Shown here piece after piece: positions 7,643 through 14,023 of a DNA stretch of 36,773 nucleotides; position 1 is the first letter of the stretch, and every line of letters starts with the position of its first letter. A program made the translations under genes and the position numbers. This DNA comes from a virus (taxonomy: Duplodnaviria; Caudoviricetes): IMG/VR virus record IMGVR_UViG_3300032257_000055, positions 1 through 36,773 of that record. One strand, written 5' to 3'. The notes beneath the pieces are model-generated. The model was not told where the DNA came from and did not search any database. It saw only the letters and a program-made list of their open reading frames with translations.

Positions 7643-8085
7643 TAAAACTCAATACCTAGGCTTTTCGGATTCAGGCCAAGCTTACTAGCAATTTCGCCAA
7701 GAATCTTAACTTCTTCAGGCTCCATTTCACCGTCAGCCATTGCAATGGTGTACGCCGCAACAAAAACGTCTTCCGACTCTTCTGTAGAGCTTGCGCAGTC
7801 TGCGATCTCGCGCATGATCTGCATTTTTCCGATCAAAAAACCAGCATCAAGCATATTGGTGAACTTATCTACCATCTTGCCAATTTCACCACCAAAACCC
7901 TGAAGCGCTGGGTGTGCACCCAACTGAGAATTTAGGTTTTCAATTTCTTCAGGCTCAATCTCACCATCAGCAGCGGCCACCAAAAGACAAGCGCCAACCA
8001 AGCCTTCAGCTAGATCTTTGTTTTCCATTTTCTTTACTTCATTTTTTAACTGACTTGCTTTCTTACCGAATAATTTACCTAACAT
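7642..8085 (-). CDS. terB: TerB-family (tellurite resistance/co-chaperone-like) protein
   Basis: Duplicated motifs VAAADGEIEPEE and IAMADGEMEPEE...IA..LGL characteristic of the TerB fold. Confidence 0.9.
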   Translation of the reverse strand: MLGKLFGKKASQLKNEVKKMENKDLAEGLVGACLLVAAADGEIEPEEIENLNSQLGAHPALQGFGGEIGKMVDKFTNMLDAGFLIGKMQIMREIADCASSTEESEDVFVAAYTIAMADGEMEPEEVKILGEIASKLGLNPKSLGIEF

Positions 8086-8237
8086 TTTTTTTCGCCTTCT
8101 CGTTTTGCTACTGCCGAAAATACAACATCACCTTTGGGTTTTTGCTCTTTCCATACGATCCTAACGCTACCGACTTCTAGTGCCCCCCTAAGTAATGCTG
8201 GATTTTTAACAATCTCAGTAATAGTTAAAGTTTTCAT
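8079..8237 (-). CDS. small protein, Phd/YefM-like N-terminus
   Basis: MKTLTITEIVKNPALL...V.I resembles the Phd/YefM DNA-binding fold; first gene after the promoter. Confidence 0.5.
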   Translation of the reverse strand: MKTLTITEIVKNPALLRGALEVGSVRIVWKEQKPKGDVVFSAVAKREGEKKC

Positions 8238-8265
8238 TTTGTTTTTCCATCTAAGGAGCACACAT

Positions 8266-8293
8266 AGTATTCGAATAGATCAAACAGTGTCAA
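8266..8293 (-). promoter_or_regulatory. sigma70 promoter of the TerB operon
   Basis: TTGACA-16 bp-AATACT. Confidence 0.65.
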
Positions 8294-8313
8294 CTATTAT
8301 TTATACCGGACAC

Positions 8314-8348
8314 AAAAAAGCCCTTGAAAGGCGAATAACAAGGGCTTA
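8314..8348 (-). terminator. intrinsic terminator
   Basis: AAGCCCTTG-loop-CAAGGGCTT then T-run on the minus strand. Confidence 0.8.
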
Positions 8349-8429
8349 AGATTGTTTTTTTTGCCGAATGGTGTTGACGCACCTTGGGTAAACAGTAGAG
8401 ATAGTACGGTTCAGCCCTTCACGGCAAGC
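8314..8429 (-). ncRNA. candidate small RNA (about 115 nt including terminator)
   Basis: Extended -10 TGTTATAAT (8435-8443); UUGCCG...CGGCAA closing stem, GGUG-CGUCAA-CACC hairpin, terminator; no ORF. Confidence 0.55.
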
Positions 8430-8620
8430 GTTATATTATAACACTTATACTGTTTTTCCAACCTTTCGGCATCGTCTATTTGATGCGCGTACGGTAACGA
8501 CGATAATCTAAACCGATTCCGACACCCAAAACTATAACCGGCACACTTTCGCCAAACTAGAAATCACGCACTAAGCGACATCTGAAAACGGACTAGCTAA
8601 AGCATTATTTATAATGTGGA

Positions 8621-8809
8621 TTAGAGCGGTGTTGTTATGGCCGATGTATCTCACGGCATAGCAGTAAACAGAGACTTAATTGACCAAGTTTGCGACTTAA
8701 TCGCATAGGCAACCGGCAAGTTGAAAAACTGTTCTCTGATAACGTGATTGATAGTGACTGATACTAATTAGATCCATCTAGTGTGCTTGTAGGTCAAGTG
8801 ACGCTCTAA
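8621..8809 (+). ncRNA. candidate multi-hairpin structured ncRNA (about 190 nt)
   Basis: TATAAT at 8610-8615; closing stem TTAGAGCG/CGCTCTAA; several nested hairpins including a GAAA tetraloop. Confidence 0.6.
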
Positions 8810-8895
8810 GTGACAACTATGTCCAAAATCTACCTAAACGCATTATCTATCAAATAGACCCGAAGAACTTAATTAACCTTTTTCGTAAATAACCC

Positions 8896-8937
8896 TTGCA
8901 TAGTTAACCTATTATGTTAATATAACTACATCGAAAC
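8896..8937 (+). promoter_or_regulatory. early promoter with inverted-repeat operator
   Basis: TTGCAT-16 bp-(TGT)TAATAT, then CATCGAAAC; IR TTAAC-N7-GTTAA. Confidence 0.65.
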
Positions 8938-8961
8938 GAAACACACACAAGGCGCAATGAT

Positions 8962-9126
8962 ATGAAACTTTATATATACAACAACGAAAACCAAGTGATT
9001 GCAATTGCTGAAGGTGAAAGCAATGACGAGTGCGAATCAAAGGCTCAGCCATATGCAAACGATTACGGAGCATCTTATAGCGATGCTGGCTTATGGGTAA
9101 ATGACGAGGAATCATTAAAAATATAA
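8962..9126 (+). CDS. small acidic early protein, 54 aa
   Basis: Read by eye: MKLYIYNNENQVIAIAEGESNDECESKA...; AAGG RBS; first gene after the promoter. Confidence 0.7.
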   Translation: MKLYIYNNENQVIAIAEGESNDECESKAQPYANDYGASYSDAGLWVNDEESLKI

Positions 9127-9518
9127 TTAACCTAAAAGCAGCTATAGAGGCCGCCAACGCAAATCATCGAAACAAAGCACACAAGGAAAGACGAGATGAG
9201 TTTTAAAAAGTTCATAAAAGCACTGAACATTGAAAGCAACCAAGAAGCCTACACGCCCAAGCCTAGACCTGACAGAGAAAAGATTGTATTTCATGGTGGG
9301 TGCCTTGGCTGTACTCAGCAATCTAATCAGCCAAACGGTGCGGATTTTTGTGTAAATTGCAAATACTTTGAATTTGATATGGACTTGCCAAGCTTAAGCA
9401 ATGAGCCTCCACGCCCGTCCGACATAGCTAGAGAAGAAATAAAACGGAGGCTAGGGCTGAATGGGTGAAAATATAATTAACTTAAAGGCGGCTATAAAGG
9501 CCGCTAACGCAAATCATC
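9118..9518 (+). repeat. 51-bp direct repeat (9118-9168 / 9468-9518), 5 mismatches
   Basis: Direct alignment by eye; the copies flank ORF 9196..9468. Confidence 0.9.
9196..9468 (+). CDS. hypothetical protein with two CxxC motifs
   Basis: AAGGA RBS; CLGC...CVNC. Confidence 0.7.
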   Translation: MSFKKFIKALNIESNQEAYTPKPRPDREKIVFHGGCLGCTQQSNQPNGADFCVNCKYFEFDMDLPSLSNEPPRPSDIAREEIKRRLGLNG

Positions 9519-9658
9519 AGCAGTGGGCGCAATCACAAGGTATAACGCCTAAGACGGTCTCAGAGCTAATCAAAGATGGTGCAATCGTAGTTGGTACGGT
9601 TGTATATCGTGAAACTAATTATCGTGTAGAGCCACGTACTAAAGGGGGTGATGTATGA
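9461..9658 (+). CDS. HTH (Cro/Aca-like) DNA-binding protein
   Basis: HQQWAQSQGITPKTVSELIKDG HTH pattern. Confidence 0.65.
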   Translation: MGENIINLKAAIKAANANHQQWAQSQGITPKTVSELIKDGAIVVGTVVYRETNYRVEPRTKGGDV

Positions 9659-9843
9659 AAACAAAATATTCGTTAGAAAAGTGTATCGAGGAGGCTGATA
9701 GGTTCATAGTTGCAGCTCAAGAAGCTATTAATGATTTAGATAGGTGCTCGCATTACAGCAAGGAATGCGCCACAGCAAAAAGAAAATCAATGGACCTAAC
9801 AAACGCACTTGTTGAGCTTAGAAAATCTAGTCATTACGGCTAA
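9655..9843 (+). CDS. hypothetical protein
   Basis: ATGA overlap, GGGGG RBS. Confidence 0.7.
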   Translation: MKTKYSLEKCIEEADRFIVAAQEAINDLDRCSHYSKECATAKRKSMDLTNALVELRKSSHYG

Positions 9844-9870
9844 CTAACCACGCACTATAGAAGGCGATGT

Positions 9871-10020
9871 ATGAACCTATTCGACCAGATAACAGAATTC
9901 TTCACGCGCGACGATAAGAGCGAGTTAGAGCAAGACTTGATAGAAATGCCCGACGACGCCAGCGCAACGATTATAGCGGCTATTGAGGCCGAGCTAGCAG
10001 CACTAGAAGGTAAGGAGTAG
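9871..10020 (+). CDS. small acidic hypothetical protein, 49 aa
   Basis: Read by eye: MNLFDQITEFF...LEGKE; AAGG RBS. Confidence 0.55.
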   Translation: MNLFDQITEFFTRDDKSELEQDLIEMPDDASATIIAAIEAELAALEGKE

Positions 10021-10022
10021 AT

Positions 10023-10217
10023 ATGGATATGAAGGTAGAAATTAGAGAGGAAAAAGGAGAGGTTACTCGGGTGCGGGTAAATATAGGCTGTGCGCGATTT
10101 GATATTACCGAGCAGTTCGGCAGGCTGAACATTCTAGCAAGCGGGGAATTAACTGTATCCCCTCGTTGCTCAAATGTAATTGAACTTGAAGCTGAGGCCG
10201 AGTGGGTTAACAGCTAA
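10023..10217 (+). CDS. hypothetical protein
   Basis: TAAGGAG RBS. Confidence 0.7.
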   Translation: MDMKVEIREEKGEVTRVRVNIGCARFDITEQFGRLNILASGELTVSPRCSNVIELEAEAEWVNS

Positions 10218-10236
10218 CAACATAGAGAGAACAGTA

Positions 10237-10545
10237 ATGTATAAGCCAATTAAAAAATATTCTATGATTTCAACGCACGACCAAGGCGTCTTGGCGCACA
10301 CAGATCATGAACACCATGAGAGCGCAGATTGGCCAACGCAGTGGTGCAAGTCTGATGATGTAGAGGCATTAGAGCAAGAGAGCGACGGATTTAGACAGCT
10401 ACTAGAAGAGATCAAGGCTATCTTTGAGCGGTGCGACAAGCGCGCACTTGGGACTTGCACGCTTCAAGGTGAGCCCAGCTTTAACGTTCTTGATGACTTA
10501 CTTGACGCAATTAACAGAGAGCTACATAAAGGAGGTGAATCATGA
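10237..10545 (+). CDS. hypothetical protein (start MYKP)
   Basis: ORF track with revised ATG; W...DDVEALE pattern common in phage early genes. Confidence 0.65.
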   Translation: MYKPIKKYSMISTHDQGVLAHTDHEHHESADWPTQWCKSDDVEALEQESDGFRQLLEEIKAIFERCDKRALGTCTLQGEPSFNVLDDLLDAINRELHKGGES

Positions 10546-10709
10546 CTAAACGATGCCCAGAATGCGACCAAGAGTCACCAGAAACACATTCATGCCCTGA
10601 CTTTGAGCGCTACAAATGCATAAATAAGCAGTGCAATTTAGCCGCTTTTGACATACACCGATCCACACGAAATTTGCGTTATATGTCATATAAGGTGGTT
10701 GAGGAGTAA
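10542..10709 (+). CDS. small Zn-finger-like protein
   Basis: GGAGGT RBS; MTKRCPECD...HSC...C...C. Confidence 0.6.
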   Translation: MTKRCPECDQESPETHSCPDFERYKCINKQCNLAAFDIHRSTRNLRYMSYKVVEE

Positions 10710-10713
10710 CAAA

Positions 10714-11046
10714 ATGAACTACAAAAACCCAAAAGACGACACGCCACCGTTCGACGTGTGGCTATTTTTAGAAATTGGCGACTTTTTCACTGTCGGTAGA
10801 GTAACTCGGCTAAGCCCGAATGACGTTGGCGCAATGTCGGAGCACGACCATTTTTGCGAGAGCGAAACCGAATATTTAGAGTATCAATTTTTTATACAGT
10901 GTATGACGACAAAGCACGAATTAAATTTAAACGCAATCTATCGAAATCCAGATTGCGGTTTTTTCGATAGCGACTTCATCGACCATTATTCAGATTCCAT
11001 CAAATCTTGGTCACTACTACCTGCAAAAGTTGAGGTGAAACCATGA
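10714..11046 (+). CDS. hypothetical protein (DUF551-like N- and C-terminal motifs)
   Basis: GAGGAG RBS; P.D..PP...L and I..W..LP motifs. Confidence 0.6.
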   Translation: MNYKNPKDDTPPFDVWLFLEIGDFFTVGRVTRLSPNDVGAMSEHDHFCESETEYLEYQFFIQCMTTKHELNLNAIYRNPDCGFFDSDFIDHYSDSIKSWSLLPAKVEVKP

Positions 11047-11198
11047 CAGACCTAACCCAATGCCCGACCTGCGGAAAAAAAGAGGCTTACTGCTATGTAG
11101 AGCACGCTCTAGCTAAATGGCTTGAGTGTCTCAACAGTGACTGTAGAGAGCTTTTTACAGTTAAAAACGAAGAGGCCGACGCTAAAAACCGGCTTTAA
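11043..11198 (+). CDS. small Zn-ribbon protein (Lar-like)
   Basis: GAGGTG RBS; MTDLTQCPTCG...WLECLNSDC. Confidence 0.55.
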   Translation: MTDLTQCPTCGKKEAYCYVEHALAKWLECLNSDCRELFTVKNEEADAKNRL

Positions 11199-11231
11199 TC
11201 TCGCTATATATTTGCTAATAAAGGAAAGACA

Positions 11232-11486
11232 ATGGGAATATTTAGATGGTTACGAAAATCAACGTGCAATCATGAGTTTTCAATATCAGAAATAACACTT
11301 ACTGGAATTAAAAGGCCGTTAAAGCCGACATCTCAAGACTTTTACTGGAGCGAGTGGAGAGAGTACCACGAGAAACTTCGCTACCACGATAGCATAGTAA
11401 AGCGAGTGTGGTGTTTATGCAGGAAATGCAACACCGGTTACTACTCAACATGCGGGCTAAGTCTACCTGGAAAGCTTGTTAGATAG
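11232..11486 (+). CDS. hypothetical protein with Cys/His motifs
   Basis: AAGGA RBS; C.H.F and CLCRKC motifs. Confidence 0.7.
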   Translation: MGIFRWLRKSTCNHEFSISEITLTGIKRPLKPTSQDFYWSEWREYHEKLRYHDSIVKRVWCLCRKCNTGYYSTCGLSLPGKLVR

Positions 11487-11494
11487 CTTATATT

Positions 11495-11649
11495 TGCTAT
11501 ACTCGATGTACGCAGTGTGACAACTGTAAACAATGCAGACGACAAGAGAATCTTTTCATAGTGCCCCTTGTTGCCGTAAATCTCTAACTACCCTTAGTTT
11601 CGTTGCCTGCGCGGCATTGTCACCGAGGGGCGCTTTAAAAAGGTTCTTT
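11495..11649 (+). promoter_or_regulatory. promoter and structured 5' leader of the replication initiator
   Basis: TGCTATACT extended -10; long nested stem sequestering the RBS; GTGACAA/TTGTCAC alternative pairing. Confidence 0.6.
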
Positions 11650-12396
11650 ATGTCTCTCACAAAGTCCAAAGGATGGGTTTGCATTCATCGAGAAATGCTC
11701 GAATGGGAGTGGTACGACGACATTAATACGTCTCGCCTATTCATTCATTGCATCCTGCGAGCTAACCACACCGCAACCAAATGGCGAGGCCACGATATCA
11801 ATCGAGGGGAGTTTCTAACGTCGCTCGAAACGCTATCTAAAGAAACTGGCTTAACAGTCTCTCAGGTTCGCACGTCATTAAAAAAGCTAGAATCAACGAA
11901 TGAGATCGCAAGCTTATCGCAGGCTAGAAGCCGCATGATTACTGTGCTTAAGTACAATCACTATCAAGACAATGACAAGCAAAGTGACAGGCTGATCGCA
12001 GGGTCATCGCAGGATGATCGCAGGATGATCGCAACAGATAACAATGATAACAAGAAAAACAATGAAACAATGAAAACAAATAGTGCTGATGTCGAGACGA
12101 TTATAGATCACCTGAACCTGAAAGCTGGAACGAACTTTAAGGCATCAACAAAGGCGACTCAGAAGATATTAAACGCTCGATTAAAAACCTATTCAGTTGC
12201 TGACTGCATGAGTGTCATCGAGACAAAGTGCGCCGAATGGAAAACAGATTCAAAAATGTCTGTATACCTTCGACCTTCAACACTGTTCAACGAAACAAAA
12301 TTCGAGGGCTATCTCAATCAACCGGTAGTTAGCACTGAATACAGCTCAATAACTCAACAAAACATAAACGCCCTAAGTGGCTTGGAGCTCGACTAA
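11650..12396 (+). CDS. phage replication initiator (wHTH N-terminus, conserved phage C-terminal domain)
   Basis: GWV.IHR..LEWEWY; RGEF.TSL..LS.ETGL...QVR..LKKL; C-terminal YLRPSTLFN..KFEGYLN. Start revised to MSLTK. Confidence 0.88.
   Translation: MSLTKSKGWVCIHREMLEWEWYDDINTSRLFIHCILRANHTATKWRGHDINRGEFLTSLETLSKETGLTVSQVRTSLKKLESTNEIASLSQARSRMITVLKYNHYQDNDKQSDRLIAGSSQDDRRMIATDNNDNKKNNETMKTNSADVETIIDHLNLKAGTNFKASTKATQKILNARLKTYSVADCMSVIETKCAEWKTDSKMSVYLRPSTLFNETKFEGYLNQPVVSTEYSSITQQNINALSGLELD
11904..12082 (+). repeat. replication origin: iterons plus AT-rich tract
   Basis: Four tandem 11-mers CAGG(C/G/A)T(G/C)ATCG at 11988-12031, two ATCGCA copies at 11904-11923, then A-rich AACAATGA x3. Confidence 0.75.
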
Positions 12397-12983
12397 TGGA
12401 AAAGCACGAACAAGATTCATTCAAGCAAACGCTTATCGGTATTGGTGAGCTCCACGGCAAGCAGATAACGCCTGCACTGGTAACGATCTATTGGCAGGCA
12501 ATGAAAGGCTTCACGCTAGAGCAATTCAGCGAAGGCATTAGTAAACATTGCCTAGACCCTGACTGCGGCCAATTCTTCCCAAAGCCTGCTGATATTGTTA
12601 AACAGCTACAAGGGACCAGTAAGGACAACGCAAGAGCTGTTGAGGACCGTGCAAAAATAGCGTGGTCCGTACTTATGGACCGAGTAGCTAGAATTGGGCA
12701 TCACGGCAACTTAGAGCTTGACGACAAGCAAGCAATAGCAGTCGTAAAAGCCATGGGCGGCTGGAGAAAGCTTTGCATGATAACTTACGACGATATGCCA
12801 TGGCGCGAAAAGGAATTTATCTCACTTTACGACACTTATGAGAATACGCCGCTTGAAATGCTGCCTAGCTCCTTACCAGGGCTTGATGACTTAACGAAAC
12901 ACAAGAAAGAGGCGCAAGAGCAAGCCGGCAACGTAATGGCCGGCCTAGAGGCTTACAGAGCGAGGATAGGCAAAGATGGATAA
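12396..12983 (+). CDS. putative helicase loader (DUF6475-like)
   Basis: Directly after the initiator; YW..M......F...H..DPD.GQFFPKPADI; MGGW..LC. Confidence 0.75.
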   Translation: MEKHEQDSFKQTLIGIGELHGKQITPALVTIYWQAMKGFTLEQFSEGISKHCLDPDCGQFFPKPADIVKQLQGTSKDNARAVEDRAKIAWSVLMDRVARIGHHGNLELDDKQAIAVVKAMGGWRKLCMITYDDMPWREKEFISLYDTYENTPLEMLPSSLPGLDDLTKHKKEAQEQAGNVMAGLEAYRARIGKDG

Positions 12984-13116
12984 CGAGAAAATAACAGATC
13001 AAGAGCTAGCTGAGCTCGACAAGCGCGGCTACAAACTAGACTGGCCTGAATACGAATACGATCACACATGCAGAGAGTGGGCTATAGTGCTCAATACTGG
13101 AGGCGAAAATGGATAA
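12976..13116 (+). CDS. small hypothetical protein, 46 aa
   Basis: Read by eye; overlaps both neighbours; ends LNTGGENG. Confidence 0.5.
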   Translation: MDNEKITDQELAELDKRGYKLDWPEYEYDHTCREWAIVLNTGGENG

Positions 13117-13513
13117 GCAGAAAGCAAAAATAATATCATTGCAAATAATAATGGTGCTAATCGGCTGCGTCCTTATCGGAAATGTAAACGTGGCTTTTGG
13201 CGTGCTTCTGTTTTTATGGGCTGACAATCTTAATAATGCAAGAAAGCCTAAGGGCGATGTCAATACTGGAGAAGAGAAATGAGCGATATATCTAAAATCG
13301 AATGGCAAACGTCAGAGCCGCCGGCAAATGTCGTGCTTTACGTGCTGTGCGACGACTACACGTTCGATTACGTCACAACAGCTACACGCATAGACTACAA
13401 GAAGCAAAACCCTAAGCAGAAGCGCGTAGGCTGGCGATGGGTTGATGAGCACGGCGAAAGGCTAGGCAGAAAAGACACCCCAAGCGCATGGGCTTACATT
13501 ATCAATACTGGAG
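13091..13513 (+). repeat. TCAATACTGGAG junction motif x3 (13091, 13260, 13502)
   Basis: Exact 12-mer, 6-7 nt before three consecutive ATGs. Confidence 0.85.
13109..13282 (+). CDS. small two-TM membrane protein, 57 aa
   Basis: GGAGG RBS; hydrophobic IISLQIIMVLIGCVLIG and VAFGVLLFLWA. Confidence 0.6.
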   Translation: MDKQKAKIISLQIIMVLIGCVLIGNVNVAFGVLLFLWADNLNNARKPKGDVNTGEEK

Positions 13514-13533
13514 ACGGAAATGGAAATACTTGA
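13279..13533 (+). CDS. hypothetical protein
   Basis: GGAG RBS; W.T.EPP...W.W...AWA pattern. Confidence 0.7.
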   Translation: MSDISKIEWQTSEPPANVVLYVLCDDYTFDYVTTATRIDYKKQNPKQKRVGWRWVDEHGERLGRKDTPSAWAYIINTGDGNGNT

Positions 13534-13753
13534 AAGCTTTGAATATTGGAAAATTACTGCGGTACTCGTCGCCTTGCTAGTTGGGATAGTCGTTATCGAA
13601 GTGATAGCAAGAATATTCTTTAGTCGCAGGGTGAACGTTGAAATACACCAAAAATACGGGTCAATACGAGCCGTTAGCATTCAGGTAGGCCGCGACACTG
13701 AAGTAGACGACCTAATCAAGCGAGCCCGTAACATAGACATAGGTAAAGAATAG
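13520..13753 (+). CDS. membrane-anchored hypothetical protein
   Basis: GGAG RBS; N-terminal TM. Confidence 0.65.
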   Translation: MEILESFEYWKITAVLVALLVGIVVIEVIARIFFSRRVNVEIHQKYGSIRAVSIQVGRDTEVDDLIKRARNIDIGKE

Positions 13754-13765
13754 CGTAAAAATATA

Positions 13766-13801
13766 TTGCATTGATGTGGTCATGGTGTACACTGTGGTCA
13801 T
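13766..13801 (+). promoter_or_regulatory. promoter with direct-repeat operator
   Basis: TTGCAT-16 bp-TACACT; TGTGGTCAT at 13775 and 13793. Confidence 0.6.
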
Positions 13802-13822
13802 AGCAATCAATAAGGCGAAATC

Positions 13823-14023
13823 ATGAAAGATCAGCGAAAGCGTAAGCATGTAAATTTAGAGCACGAACGGCCATTACGCGTGCTAGCGAACCACAAACAC
13901 GACGGAAATGTAACCGACGCTATGAACTCGTGTATAGCTAAGGGCTTACGCTGCCCAAACCTCACGCCTGATCAAGTAGCGGAATTGACCGGCGAGGCTA
14001 ATAAGGCTGCTAGCGATGAATAG
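13823..14023 (+). CDS. ribbon-helix-helix-like regulator
   Basis: Basic beta strand RKRKHVNL, helix LRVLA, G-turn, NVTDAMN.CI. Confidence 0.5.
   Translation: MKDQRKRKHVNLEHERPLRVLANHKHDGNVTDAMNSCIAKGLRCPNLTPDQVAELTGEANKAASDE

Noticed and set aside
8702-8711. CGCATAGGCA resembling part of a type I-F CRISPR repeat (possible RNA anti-CRISPR)
   Set aside because: The CTGCC 5' stem arm and the GTTCAC/GAAA ends are missing; no repeat-spacer array anywhere.
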